From an uncultured Candidatus Saccharibacteria bacterium (GTDB lineage Bacteria; Patescibacteriota; Minisyncoccia; UBA6257; Colwellbacteraceae): a stretch of 64,000 nucleotides of DNA. A model generated the notes under the pieces. That model saw only the letters and a list, made by a program, of their open reading frames with translations. It was not told the origin of the DNA and made no database searches. The DNA lies in contig CAZLHU010000001.1 in assembly GCA_964559765.1 (NCBI GenBank), positions 148,164 to 212,163 of the forward strand, written 5' to 3'. Shown here piece by piece: positions 28,608 through 38,898 of the stretch. The number at the start of each line of letters is the position of its first letter. Position 1 is the stretch's first letter. Position numbers and translations under genes: made by a program.

Positions 28608-29267
28608 ATGAATAGACTTAGTAGGGTAAAAATAGAGTGGTCGCATAATTTTGCCTATGCTATTGGGCTTATAGCGACGGATGGTAGTCTTTCAAAAGAT
28701 GGTAGGCATATTAACTTGACATCAAAAGACGAAGAGATGATAAAGACCTTTAAACAATGTCTTAATATAGAAAATAATATAGGGCATAAAGCTAGGAAGA
28801 AAGGCGAGGAAAAGAAATATTTTCAAATACAATTTGGAGACAAAAACTTTTATGAGTTCCTCAATTCAATCGGTCTATCATCAGCTAAGTCAAAAACAAT
28901 CGGATCACTAAAAATACCGAGTAAGTACTTTGCCGATTTTTAAAGAGGGTGTATAGATGGTGACGGCAGTATAGGGGCTTACAATCATCCAGAAAGTCGA
29001 CATTTACAATTACGCATCCGTCTTTATTCTGCAAGTCACCCATTTCTAGAGTGGGTAAAGAAGAGGATATCAATAAACTTTAAGATAAAAGGTGGATGGA
29101 TTGGAAAGGGGTCTAGGGTAGAGGCCCTGATGTATGCGAAAAGCGATTCCATAAAACTTCTAAGATTGATTTATTATACAAACGTTGAGTATTACCTTAA
29201 GCGGAAATACAATGAAGCAGAGCAATTTGAGGGCGAGTGGCGGAATTGGCATACGCGCAGCGCTTAG
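28608..29267 (+). pseudogene. Two-motif LAGLIDADG homing-endonuclease-like gene interrupted by an in-frame TAA (28941-28943); its 3' end overlaps tRNA-Leu
   Basis: Motif 1 'FAYAIGLIATDGSL'; the same frame continues after the TAA with motif 2 'RGCIDGDGSIGAY'; the terminal TAG is the tRNA anticodon triplet. Confidence 0.6.
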
Positions 29268-29312
29268 GACGCTGTCCCGAAAGGGTTGTGGGTTCGAGTC
29301 CCACCTCGCCCA
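29231..29312 (+). tRNA. tRNA-Leu (anticodon UAG), type II with a long variable arm
   Basis: Manual fold: acceptor GGGCGAG/CTCGCCC, anticodon arm CAGCG-CTTAGGA-CGCTG, T-arm GTGGG-TTCGAGT-CCCAC. Confidence 0.85.
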
Positions 29313-29327
29313 CAAAATAAAAAATCT

Positions 29328-29579
29328 TTAACACGCGTGATCGTCGCTGCCGCGCTTTGGGATTTTTTTGAAGCTTGGGGCAAAGGCTAAATATGTTACT
29401 CCGTCGCTGCCCTTGCGTTCTTTAGTCTCCCACTTGGCCGATTTAGCCCAGCTATTAACCACTTCATTCTTTTTGTCCTGCGGCAGGGAGTATAGCGACC
29501 GTAATTCATCTTTGGTCGGCTGCCGACCGTGGGCGGCTGTATATAGGTCCCTGAAACCATACGCACATTCTATATCCAT
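29328..29579 (-). CDS. Hypothetical small protein
   Basis: ORF only; no clear RBS. Confidence 0.25.
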   Translation of the reverse strand: MDIECAYGFRDLYTAAHGRQPTKDELRSLYSLPQDKKNEVVNSWAKSAKWETKERKGSDGVTYLAFAPSFKKIPKRGSDDHAC

Positions 29580-29596
29580 AGTCTTATTATAGTTGT

Positions 29597-30496
29597 TTAT
29601 TCTTTGCGCCTGCGCCCGTGAAAGGCGTGGTGGATTTCCCGCAGCTCTTTGTTTGTGACGTGGGTATACACTTGGGTGGTGGAAATATTTGCGTGGCCCA
29701 GAAGCTCCTGGACGGAACGCAGATCAGCCCCATTCATCAATAGATCGGTCGCGAATTGATGGCGTAGTTGATGCGGGGTTATATGTTTTGGGATACCGGC
29801 CACGCGTGCATATAAGGAGACTAGACGCTGTACAGCTCTTGGTGTGATTCTCCCCACTATCTTCGGCTGCAAGCCCTTCGATAGACTGGGAAACAGTTCG
29901 GGTTCTACATCCACCCTTTTACTTAAATAATCCTTTAATACTTTTTTAGCTCTGTCGGAAATAAATACAACCCGCAGCTTTTCCCCTTTTCCACGGACAG
30001 TGAATTCCCCTCGGTCAATTGGTATGGATCGGTCCAACGCGCACAATTCCGATATCCTGAGCCCCGTCGAGAATAGTAGTTCTAATATCGCCCGATCGCG
30101 GACGGCTCTCAGTCCCGTGCCTTTTGGCGCATCAAGCAGCCTCTCAAGGTCGTTGTATTCCATAACCTGGATCTGGCGGGTCGGTATCTTGGGTAGCTCT
30201 ATCATCTCGGGGGACACGACATCGATCCCGCGTTTGATCATGTATTTAAGGAAGTTGCGCAGGACGATTACGTAGTAAGCTTGAGTGCCCTTTTTCATCT
30301 CAGTTCCGGCCTCGGAGATCTTTATGCGAAAATCGCGGATAGTTTTCTCGTTGAGGTCGTCGGTCGTTTTGGCGCCGGACACCTCGATGAACTTCTTGAG
30401 GCAGTGTTCATAGCTCCGACGGGTTAGTGCGGAGCGGTTTTTCTCTATGGATAGATAATCCAGATATTCGTGGAGTAGGTCTTCCAGGTTGGCCAT
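29597..30496 (-). CDS. xerC: Tyrosine site-specific recombinase, XerC/XerD-like
   Basis: C-terminal 'HQLRHQFATDLLMNGADLRSVQELLGHANISTTQVYTHV' with R...HxxR...Y; N-terminal core-binding domain. Confidence 0.85.
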   Translation of the reverse strand: MANLEDLLHEYLDYLSIEKNRSALTRRSYEHCLKKFIEVSGAKTTDDLNEKTIRDFRIKISEAGTEMKKGTQAYYVIVLRNFLKYMIKRGIDVVSPEMIELPKIPTRQIQVMEYNDLERLLDAPKGTGLRAVRDRAILELLFSTGLRISELCALDRSIPIDRGEFTVRGKGEKLRVVFISDRAKKVLKDYLSKRVDVEPELFPSLSKGLQPKIVGRITPRAVQRLVSLYARVAGIPKHITPHQLRHQFATDLLMNGADLRSVQELLGHANISTTQVYTHVTNKELREIHHAFHGRRRKE

Positions 30497-30559
30497 TAAG
30501 CATATTATACGACAGTAAAGCTTTGACGGCCAGCTTAAAAGCTGGTATAGTGGCTCAGA

Positions 30560-30826
30560 ATGTTAACTACTCGCAAGAAGCAAAACATAATAACCGAGCA
30601 CCGTTCTCACGATACCGACACTGGTTCTACCGCCGTACAGGTGGCTCTTTTGAGCCGGCAGATAGACGAATTGGCACTGCATTTGAAGAAACATCCCGGA
30701 GACAACCACTCCCGTCGCGGTCTCTTGGGTATGGTTAGTAAACGCCGCCGATTGCTGAAATATCTCGAGGAAAGCAATCCAAGGACATACGCCGCGGTTA
30801 CTAAGAAGTTGGGTTTGAAAAAATAA
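30560..30826 (+). CDS. rpsO: 30S ribosomal protein S15
   Basis: 'TGSTAVQVALLSRQIDELALHLKKHPGDNHSRRGLLGMVSKRRRLLKYL'. Confidence 0.9.
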   Translation: MLTTRKKQNIITEHRSHDTDTGSTAVQVALLSRQIDELALHLKKHPGDNHSRRGLLGMVSKRRRLLKYLEESNPRTYAAVTKKLGLKK

Positions 30827-31360
30827 ATGGCGCCGACTCCGCAGAAGGACCAACGTATAGGAATCTTCATCGATATACAGAACCTCTATCACTCGGCCAA
30901 AAATTTGTATGGCGGCCGGGTCAACTACACCGAGCTTATGCGCCAGTTGGTTGGCGATAGGCGGCTTGTTCGCGCGATCGCTTATGTTGTTAAGAGCGAC
31001 CCCTCTACCGGAGAGGAAAGTTTCTTCGATGCTTTGGAAAAAGCCGGCATTGAATTGAGGTCCAAAGATATCCAAGTGTGGGCCGACGGCAGCAAGAAGG
31101 CTGATTGGGACGTAGGAATGGCCGTAGACGCCATCCGCGTAGCCGATATGGTTGATGTAGTGGTGTTGGCGACTGGAGACGGAGACTTCGTACCCCTGGT
31201 CGAATATTTAAAATGGGGATTGGGACGGAATGTCGAGGTGGCGGGTTTCGGCCGCACGACCTCATCGATGCTCCGCGGAGTTGCCGAAGTTTTCCATGAT
31301 ATAGAGAAAATGCCCAGGGTCGTTTTCAAGTCTATGAAGCGCACTCGTCGGGATTTGTAG
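30827..31360 (+). CDS. NYN (LabA-like/PIN-like) domain protein
   Basis: 'IGIFIDIQNLY' and 'VVLATGDGDFVPLV', the NYN signatures. Confidence 0.75.
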   Translation: MAPTPQKDQRIGIFIDIQNLYHSAKNLYGGRVNYTELMRQLVGDRRLVRAIAYVVKSDPSTGEESFFDALEKAGIELRSKDIQVWADGSKKADWDVGMAVDAIRVADMVDVVVLATGDGDFVPLVEYLKWGLGRNVEVAGFGRTTSSMLRGVAEVFHDIEKMPRVVFKSMKRTRRDL

Positions 31361-31427
31361 AAAAGATAAAACGTATTCTAGAAGTAGTCGTCGGAATGCA
31401 TAAAACAAACAATTAAATAAAAACAAA

Positions 31428-33536
31428 ATGGATCTAAACAGAAAGACCTTTTCAATTGACGTCGCCGGAAGACCAATGACGATAGAAGTATCGCGGCTTG
31501 CCGAGCAGGCCAGTGGTGCGGTGATGGCGACATATGGCGAAACCACAGTCCTAACGACCGTGGTTATGGGAAAGGAAGATAGGGCAATCGATTACTTGCC
31601 GCTAAGCGTCGATTACGAAGAGCGCTTCTACGCAGCGGGGAAGATTCTCGGAAGCCGCTTTGTCCGCAGGGAAGGGCGTCCTTCGGACGACGCGATACTC
31701 TCCGGACGCCTGGTGGACAGGGCTATAAGGCCTTTGTTCGACCAGCGTATTCGCCGTGACATACAGGTTGTGATCACAGTCGTTTCATACGACGAGCAGA
31801 ATGATCCAGACTTGATCGCTCTCACCGCCGTTTCCACGGCCCTGGGTATATCAGACATACCATTCAACGGTCCGGTTTCCGGCCTGCGCGTATCCAAAAT
31901 AAATAATGAGTTTAAGATTAACCCGTTTATCGGCGAACTGGCTGATAATCCAGTTAAGTTCGAGACGTTCGTCGCTGGGGTCGGCAATAAGGTCGTGAAT
32001 ATGATCGAGTTGTCCGGGGACGACGCGTCTGAGGATGACGTCATGAAGGCCTTTGATATGGCAACCGATGAAATCGAAAAATTGAACGACTTCCAGAAAA
32101 AGATAATCAAGGAAATCGGAAAAGAGAAGACAACCGTTAAATTATGGGAACCGGACGGTCAGTTGAAGGTTGATATATTGGAATTTTTGAAGGACAAGCT
32201 TGAAGGAGCGGTATATGAGCACGATAAGACCAAGCGTGATAATAACGTCCGCGACCTTATGGCTGATATGCGCAAGTATCTCGAGGATAAAAGCTATGCC
32301 GGCAAGGATCTTGAGGCAGCTATATATTTGATGGACGAGGAGATTAATAATTTGGTGCATCACAAGATACTGACTGCCGACCAGCGCCAGGATGGACGGC
32401 GTTTGGACCAGCTTCGCGATCTGTATGCCGAAGTTGGAACCCTGCATCGCACTCATGGATCGGCTGTATTCATGCGCGGCAACACCCAGTCGCTCGCTTC
32501 CGTAACAATCGCCCCTCCGGGAGCGGAACAATTAGTTGAGTCCATGGAGGGTTCGAGCAAGCGCAGGTTCATGCTTCACTACAATTTTCCTCCTTACTCC
32601 GTCGGTGAGACCGGCAGGGTGGGATCTCCGGGACGCCGCGATATCGGCCACGGCAGACTTGCCGAGAAGGCTATCCGTCCGCTTATTCCGGCGAAGGAAA
32701 ACTTCCCCTACACCATTCGTATAGTGTCCGAAATCATGTCCTCTAATGGCTCATCGTCTATGGCTACGGTTTGTGCCTCAAGCCTCGCTCTTATGGATGC
32801 GGGCGTACCAATTACCAAGCCAGCTGCGGGAATAGCTATGGGTCTAATGAGCGACGACGGTGGTAATTATAAAGTCCTGACCGACATTCAGGGGCCAGAA
32901 GATCACCATGGTGACATGGATTTCAAGGTTGCTGGTACGCGCGATGGGGTGAATGCCCTCCAGATGGACGTTAAGGTTCATGGGGTCAGTTTGAAAATAC
33001 TCAGTGACACTTTAGCTCAAGCCAAGAAAGCTCGTTTTGAGATACTCGATGTGATTGAAAAAGTTCTAAGTAAACCCAGGCCCGAGTTGTCTAGACTTGC
33101 CCCGAGGGTTCTTATGGTGGAGATAGACCCTTCCAGGATAGGCGAATTGGTCGGCCCGGGCGGCAAGGTCATAAACGGTCTTATCGCCAGCACGGGAGTC
33201 ACCTCTATAGATATAGAACAAGACGGCAAAGTGTTTGTAGCTTCGGCTTTGCCCGATGCGGCTGAAAAAGCCATAGCTGAGATAAAGTCCATGATGCGCG
33301 ACTTTAAAGTCGGGGAAATAGTTGAAGGCCCGATAATCCGCATCCTGGAGTTTGGAGCGATAGTCGATCTTGGTGGAGGTAAAGACGGCATGGTGCATGT
33401 ATCGGAGATCAAGAACGGCTTCGTTAAGAATGTTACCGACGTATTGAAACTCGGCGACCACGTCAGAGCCAAAATAATCAAAGCGGAAAACGGAAAGATC
33501 GGCCTGTCCATAAAACAGCTTCAGGATCAGGGTTAA
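31428..33536 (+). CDS. pnp: Polynucleotide phosphorylase
   Basis: Two RNase PH domains, KH and S1; 'GPEDHHGDMDFKVAGT'. Confidence 0.95.
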   Translation: MDLNRKTFSIDVAGRPMTIEVSRLAEQASGAVMATYGETTVLTTVVMGKEDRAIDYLPLSVDYEERFYAAGKILGSRFVRREGRPSDDAILSGRLVDRAIRPLFDQRIRRDIQVVITVVSYDEQNDPDLIALTAVSTALGISDIPFNGPVSGLRVSKINNEFKINPFIGELADNPVKFETFVAGVGNKVVNMIELSGDDASEDDVMKAFDMATDEIEKLNDFQKKIIKEIGKEKTTVKLWEPDGQLKVDILEFLKDKLEGAVYEHDKTKRDNNVRDLMADMRKYLEDKSYAGKDLEAAIYLMDEEINNLVHHKILTADQRQDGRRLDQLRDLYAEVGTLHRTHGSAVFMRGNTQSLASVTIAPPGAEQLVESMEGSSKRRFMLHYNFPPYSVGETGRVGSPGRRDIGHGRLAEKAIRPLIPAKENFPYTIRIVSEIMSSNGSSSMATVCASSLALMDAGVPITKPAAGIAMGLMSDDGGNYKVLTDIQGPEDHHGDMDFKVAGTRDGVNALQMDVKVHGVSLKILSDTLAQAKKARFEILDVIEKVLSKPRPELSRLAPRVLMVEIDPSRIGELVGPGGKVINGLIASTGVTSIDIEQDGKVFVASALPDAAEKAIAEIKSMMRDFKVGEIVEGPIIRILEFGAIVDLGGGKDGMVHVSEIKNGFVKNVTDVLKLGDHVRAKIIKAENGKIGLSIKQLQDQG

Positions 33537-33576
33537 TCGATCCATCGCCGCAATCCAGGATTATCCACTAATCCAC

Positions 33577-33604
33577 AACACAGCCCGCAATTGCGGGCTG
33601 TGTT
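33577..33604 (+). terminator. Perfect 12-bp hairpin downstream of pnp, without a clear U-tract
   Basis: AACACAGCCCGC-aatt-GCGGGCTGTGTT. Confidence 0.4.
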
Positions 33605-33622
33605 AAGTGCTATACTTTTAAC

Positions 33623-34876
33623 ATGGAAGAAAATAATAACCCGGTGAACGTGCCGCCTCCAGGCAACTTCCCGGTTCCGCCGAATGGGGGACAGCAAAAT
33701 ATTCCAACGCCGCCGGTTTCGATGCCGACGCCGCCACCGCCTGCACCCAATCCGATCCCCGTTCCTCCTCCGATACCCACGCCGCCACCAATGCCCACTC
33801 CGTCTCCAATAAGGCCGATGGGCCCAGGCGTTATTCCGCCATCAGTTCCTGGGAGTGTGCCGCCACCGCCACCGCCAGAGATAGGCATACGCACTATGGA
33901 TAGCGATATGAAGTCGATGCAGTCTTCCGGCGGGACCGGAGTGACCCCGCAGACCTTCAAGCCTGAAGATATGTTCGCAATGCCCAGCAACTCCGTGCCT
34001 AATATCTCACCCAAGCCCTCTGCTTCTAGTCCGATAGGCGTTCCAACCGTAAAAGTTATAGGTCCACAGAAATCTAACCGCAGAGTAATAATACTTGTGT
34101 GTATTGTTATAGTGCTGATATTGATCTGGGCCGCCGTCCAATTCCTTGTTGTCCCAGCTTTGCATTCATCCCCGGCTACTCCAGTCGCGCCGGCCGCCGT
34201 CACCACAAACGTACCAGTTGCCACTTCGACCGCGCCTGCGGTGCCGACTTCCACGCCGGTCTCATTCGTCCATCAGAGTTTCTTTAAGACCGCGGCCCCC
34301 GTATCGGCTGCGATATCGCTGGCTAGTCCATTAACCTTGGCTGGATTGCAGGGGGGCGTTGCCTCATCCACTATGTCGCCTAAATCGTCCGGCACCCTTG
34401 AGGAGTTGATCTTCACAAGTGGTTCAGTTGCGCTACCATCCACTGCCAGCGGCACGGTCGCGGCTATGAGCAGCAGCACTCCGGAGACCGCGCAGGATGT
34501 GCTGGGCGCTTTGCTACCATCGGCTTCCCAAGATTTCCTAAATAGCACCTTTGCCCAGGACGTGACTGGATTCGCCTATTACAACGCCAACGGCGTATGG
34601 CCCGGATACATCTTCAAACTAAACACCGGAGTTGATCTCGCAAGCGCAACCTCGACTTTGAATCCTATAATAGAGGCCAATCCTAATGCTTTCTTCCAAG
34701 CATCGCCAGGGGCGTTGTCCGGATCATTCAGCGACGGATCTCTTCCAGATGGGATGTCGGTGCGGTACGGCGCCTTCAGCAAGAAGGGGGCTGCCTTGGA
34801 ATACGGCTGGTTCAAGGGATACCTTGTGGTGAGCACGTCGTATCAAGGCATAATTTCCGCAGACCAGCGCCTTTAG
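33623..34876 (+). CDS. Hypothetical single-pass membrane protein: a cytoplasmic Pro-rich N-terminus of about 95 aa, a TM helix, then an extracellular Ala/Thr/Ser-rich stalk and a C-terminal globular domain
   Basis: PPxP runs 'PTPPPPAPNPIPVPPPIPTPPPMPTP'; TM 'VIILVCIVIVLILIWAAV'. Confidence 0.5.
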   Translation: MEENNNPVNVPPPGNFPVPPNGGQQNIPTPPVSMPTPPPPAPNPIPVPPPIPTPPPMPTPSPIRPMGPGVIPPSVPGSVPPPPPPEIGIRTMDSDMKSMQSSGGTGVTPQTFKPEDMFAMPSNSVPNISPKPSASSPIGVPTVKVIGPQKSNRRVIILVCIVIVLILIWAAVQFLVVPALHSSPATPVAPAAVTTNVPVATSTAPAVPTSTPVSFVHQSFFKTAAPVSAAISLASPLTLAGLQGGVASSTMSPKSSGTLEELIFTSGSVALPSTASGTVAAMSSSTPETAQDVLGALLPSASQDFLNSTFAQDVTGFAYYNANGVWPGYIFKLNTGVDLASATSTLNPIIEANPNAFFQASPGALSGSFSDGSLPDGMSVRYGAFSKKGAALEYGWFKGYLVVSTSYQGIISADQRL

Positions 34877-34989
34877 GATCTTCGGCGCTTGATATCTAAG
34901 AGCTGCTCGAATATAATAAATTTATCATGAAAGGTCCGTTAAATACGGGCCTTTCATCGTAAGAACGTAAAAATAATATAAACAAAAAC

Positions 34990-36249
34990 ATGAATCTAAA
35001 ATCCATCGTCCAGACCGCCGAGCAGATTGCCAAAGACAAGGGCATCGAAGTGAGCAAGGTCTATGAGGCCATAGAGGGCGCACTTGCCGCTGCATATAAA
35101 AAAGAGGAAGGAGATAAAGGAGCTATCATCCGCGCAAAGCTCGACCCAGCTACGGGCGAAGCCAGCTTTACGCGTATCAAGGAAGTCGTGGACGATACGA
35201 TGGTGCGTATAGTCGAAGAGGGCGAAGAAGAAAATGAGCCCGCCGTCGCCGAAGAGGGCGATGAGGCTCGCCTGCCACGCTATAATCCCGAGAGGCATCT
35301 TATGGTTGATGAGGCTAAAAAAATAAAGAAGGACGCGAAAGCGGGCGACGAATTGGAATTCCCTCTTCCCCCATCATCTGATTTCGGCAGGATTGCTACC
35401 CAGGCCGCCAAGCAACGCATTATCCAGATGCTTAGGCAGGCTGAGCGGGAGTCTGTAATCAGCGAATATAAGGGAAAGGAGGGGCAGATAATAAGCGGCA
35501 TAGTCCAGAGGTTTGATCGGGGCAACGTGTCGGTTGATCTCGGCCGCACGCAAGCTTTGATGCTTAGAAACGAAGCGATAGCTGGCGAGCATTATCAGAT
35601 AGGAGAAAGGTTGCGCTTCTATGTCCTCGCCGTTTCTGACGATCCAAAGAGTCGCACTTCCGGAGTGCTCCTATCTAGGAGTCATCCGAAATTCGTGGCG
35701 AAACTTTTCGAATCCGAAGTTCCGGAGATAGCCGATGATGCGGTGGAGATAAAGGCCATTGCTCGCGAGGCGGGCTCGAGGACCAAGATCGCCGTTGCCT
35801 CAAACACTCCGGGCATTGATGCCGTTGGCTCCTGTGTGGGTCAGCGTGGCACCAGGGTTATGACGGTCACCAACGAGCTCGGCTCTGAAAAGATTGATAT
35901 AGTACAATGGTCGCCCAAAGCCGAGGAATTCATCTCTAACTCGCTTGCTCCGGCGGACGTTAAAGGAGTTGAGCTTCTAAATGATCGCGAAGCCAGGGTT
36001 ATGGTTCAGGACGATCAACTCAGTCTGGCTATTGGGAAAGGCGGGCAGAATGTGCGTTTGGCGGCAAAATTGACCGGATGGAAGATAGACGTTCGTCCGA
36101 TCTCCAAACCAAACGAGGTGCAGGAAGGGGGTGTCGCCGCGGCAATCGAATTGGATAACGAGGAGACTTCAACCGTAGAATCGACCGCTAAGGGCAACGT
36201 TGAAGAGGAGGCTAAACCGATTTATCATAAACAGGACGACGACGAATAA
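34990..36249 (+). CDS. nusA: Transcription termination/antitermination factor NusA with an acidic insertion
   Basis: NusA N-terminal domain, S1, and KH1/KH2 with 'GSCVGQRGTRV' and 'AIGKGGQNVRLAAKLTGW'. Confidence 0.9.
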   Translation: MNLKSIVQTAEQIAKDKGIEVSKVYEAIEGALAAAYKKEEGDKGAIIRAKLDPATGEASFTRIKEVVDDTMVRIVEEGEEENEPAVAEEGDEARLPRYNPERHLMVDEAKKIKKDAKAGDELEFPLPPSSDFGRIATQAAKQRIIQMLRQAERESVISEYKGKEGQIISGIVQRFDRGNVSVDLGRTQALMLRNEAIAGEHYQIGERLRFYVLAVSDDPKSRTSGVLLSRSHPKFVAKLFESEVPEIADDAVEIKAIAREAGSRTKIAVASNTPGIDAVGSCVGQRGTRVMTVTNELGSEKIDIVQWSPKAEEFISNSLAPADVKGVELLNDREARVMVQDDQLSLAIGKGGQNVRLAAKLTGWKIDVRPISKPNEVQEGGVAAAIELDNEETSTVESTAKGNVEEEAKPIYHKQDDDE

Positions 36250-36271
36250 ATAAAAATAAACCAATAAATAA

Positions 36272-38236
36272 ATGTTATACACACTTATTTTCGTTCCGGT
36301 TGCGCTGGCAATAATCTACAGCGTATACCTCACCCTGTGGCTCAAAAAGCAGCCCAAGGGAAGCGCGGATATGGTAGAAATATCCAAAGCTATACAGGAA
36401 GGCTCAATGGCCTACTTGAATCGGCAATATAAGACAGTCGCTGTGGTCGCCGTCATTCTCGCTGTGGCAATTTGGCTGGCCTTGGGATGGCCTATCGCAT
36501 TGGCCTTTTTGGTCGGCGGCATAACCTCCGCCCTCACGGGTTACATAGGTATGAATGTAGCGGTTAGGGCCAATGCCAAGACTGCGGAAGCCGCGAAAAA
36601 GGGACTATTTCCAGCCCTGTCGCTGGCGTTTCGCGCAGGATCTGTCACCGGGCTTTTAGTCACTTCGCTCGGACTTTTAGTCGTATCTGCGACTTATTTC
36701 GTGTCCGGTGGTAATGTACAAACGCTTATTGGTCTTGGGTTCGGCGCCAGTTTGATATCGATTTTCGCTCGTTTAGGCGGGGGTATATACACCAAAGCCG
36801 CTGACGTAGGAACCGACCTGGTCGGCAAGGTGGAGGCAAACATTCCGGAGGATGATCCTCGCAACCCGGGCGTCATCGCCGACAACGTCGGCGACAATGT
36901 CGGCGATTGCGCCGGAATGGCTGCAGATCTTTTCGAGACTTATGCCGTTACACTCACAGCAGCCATCCTTTTGGGTTCGCTCACCGTGGCCTTATCCAAT
37001 GCAATCTGGTTCCCGCTGCTCTTGGGCGGCGTTTCGATAGTCGCCTCGATATTGGGAACATTCTTCGTGCGTCTAAGTAAGAATAATTCCATCATGGGAG
37101 CCCTCTATAAGGGCCTCGTTGCCTCGCTTATTTTCGCCGCTGTAGGGTTCTACTTCGTTTCCACTTACGTATTCGGTGGCGCCTATCTAAATATTTTCCT
37201 ATCATCACTTATTGGTCTTGCGGTCACAGCCCTCATGGTTGTCATAACCGATTACTATACCGCTAAGAAATTCCGCCCAGTGCAGTCCATCGCAGACGCA
37301 TCTAAGTCGGGGCATGGCACGAATATCATCATCGGTCTTTCTGTGGGCATGGAGTCCACTCTCCTTCCGGCATTCGTGATCGCATGCGGAGTATTGGGAA
37401 GCTTCGCCCTATCCGGGGTGTATGGTGTGGCGATCGCGTCCGTAGCCATGCTCTCCGTTGCCGGAATCATAGTTTCCATCGATTCCTTCGGCCCGATCAC
37501 CGATAACGCTGGTGGCATCGCCGAGATGACGAAGCAGCCTGAAGAAATTCGCAAGATTACCGATTCTCTTGATGCGGTGGGGAATACAACCAAGGCCATA
37601 ACCAAGGGATATGCTATCGCCTCCGCCGGCCTTGCGGCCCTAGTGCTTTTCTCAAGTTACGCCAGTGAAGCTAAGGGCATAGTATTCGACCTGAGCAATC
37701 CTTATGTGCTAATCGGCCTTTTGCTCGGTGCGGCGATGGTTTACTTCTTCGCATCCCTTACTCTTCGTTCGGTTGGCCGTGCGGCTGGAGCTGTGGTTGA
37801 TGAGATCCGTCGCCAGTTCCGCGAGATTAAAGGACTTATGGAAGGTACCGCCAAACCGGAATATGGACGTGCGGTTGATATCGTGACCAAGGCAGCGCTC
37901 AAAGAGATGGTCATCCCCGCGCTCATTCCTATAGTTGGCGTGCTGGTTGTCGGGTTTTTGTTCGGCGCACAGGCGTTGGGCGGTTTGTTGATCGGCGTGA
38001 TCGTGGGCGGACTGTTCATGGCCTTGTCTATGACCGCCGGCGGCGCGGCTTGGGACAATGCCAAGAAGTACATTGAAGACGGCCACTTCGGTGGCAAGGG
38101 GTCTGATGCGCATAAGGCGGCTGTCACCGGTGACACGGTCGGCGATCCCTATAAGGACACGACTGGCCCAGCCATCAATCCGCTGATCAAGGTGGTAAAC
38201 ATCATTGCACTACTTATTGTTAGGTTTTTACACTAA
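36272..38236 (+). CDS. hppA: Membrane-bound proton/sodium-translocating pyrophosphatase
   Basis: '[21 protein letters not shown]' and '[11 protein letters not shown]'. Confidence 0.95.
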   Translation: MLYTLIFVPVALAIIYSVYLTLWLKKQPKGSADMVEISKAIQEGSMAYLNRQYKTVAVVAVILAVAIWLALGWPIALAFLVGGITSALTGYIGMNVAVRANAKTAEAAKKGLFPALSLAFRAGSVTGLLVTSLGLLVVSATYFVSGGNVQTLIGLGFGASLISIFARLGGGIYTKAADVGTDLVGKVEANIPEDDPRNPGVIADNVGDNVGDCAGMAADLFETYAVTLTAAILLGSLTVALSNAIWFPLLLGGVSIVASILGTFFVRLSKNNSIMGALYKGLVASLIFAAVGFYFVSTYVFGGAYLNIFLSSLIGLAVTALMVVITDYYTAKKFRPVQSIADASKSGHGTNIIIGLSVGMESTLLPAFVIACGVLGSFALSGVYGVAIASVAMLSVAGIIVSIDSFGPITDNAGGIAEMTKQPEEIRKITDSLDAVGNTTKAITKGYAIASAGLAALVLFSSYASEAKGIVFDLSNPYVLIGLLLGAAMVYFFASLTLRSVGRAAGAVVDEIRRQFREIKGLMEGTAKPEYGRAVDIVTKAALKEMVIPALIPIVGVLVVGFLFGAQALGGLLIGVIVGGLFMALSMTAGGAAWDNAKKYIEDGHFGGKGSDAHKAAVTGDTVGDPYKDTTGPAINPLIKVVNIIALLIVRFLH

Positions 38237-38268
38237 CAACTAAAATCCATACTATACTTACATAGAAC

Positions 38269-38898
38269 ATGACAAACTCAAATAAACCGTTGCGTGGCGA
38301 AGATGAGCAGTCGCAATACCTAATCCCCACAGTAATAGAAAAGTCGCCCTACGGCGAAAGGGCCTACGACATATATTCGCGCCTGCTTATAGACAGGATA
38401 ATTTTCCTGAGCGGACCGATTAACGACCAGGTGGCCAACGCTGTGATAGCTCAGTTGCTGCTGTTGCAGAACCAGGATCCTAAGAAGGATATTGATTTGT
38501 ACATAAATTCTCCCGGAGGGATGGTCACGGCTGGCCTAGCAATATACGACACAATGCAGAACATAAAGCCAGATGTCCGGACGATCTGTGTCGGAACAGC
38601 GGCTTCAATGGCAGCTTTCATATTGGCTTCGGGAAAGAAGGGCAAGCGCCAAGCTTTGCCCAACTCGGAGATACTCCTGCATCAGGTCATGGGCGGCGTT
38701 GAGGGCCAAGCTAGCGACATAGAAATTGAGGCTCGCCAGATAATTAAATTAAAGGCGAAGATGAACGATATTTTGGCCAAACACACCGGGAAGCCGTTGG
38801 CTCAAATAATCAAAGACACCGATCGCAATTTCTGGCTATCAGCTGATGAAGCCAAGGAATACGGTGTTATAGATGAAGTCATCAAAAAATCTAAATAA
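38269..38898 (+). CDS. clpP: ATP-dependent Clp protease proteolytic subunit
   Basis: '[18 protein letters not shown]' with the Ser, His and Asp triad context. Confidence 0.95.
   Translation: MTNSNKPLRGEDEQSQYLIPTVIEKSPYGERAYDIYSRLLIDRIIFLSGPINDQVANAVIAQLLLLQNQDPKKDIDLYINSPGGMVTAGLAIYDTMQNIKPDVRTICVGTAASMAAFILASGKKGKRQALPNSEILLHQVMGGVEGQASDIEIEARQIIKLKAKMNDILAKHTGKPLAQIIKDTDRNFWLSADEAKEYGVIDEVIKKSK

Noticed and set aside
28941-28943. In-frame TAA in the LAGLIDADG gene as evidence for an alternative genetic code
   Set aside because: TAA terminates dnaA, dnaN, pnp, gyrA, nusA and many other conserved genes in this window at the expected positions. The stop is therefore a mutation, pseudogenisation or local recoding, not a genome-wide code change.
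33610-34254. A 214-aa Gly-rich minus-strand ORF
   Set aside because: It is antisense to the Pro-rich N-terminus of the 33623 protein, since CCN codons read GGN on the other strand. The plus-strand product has a coherent TM and domain architecture.
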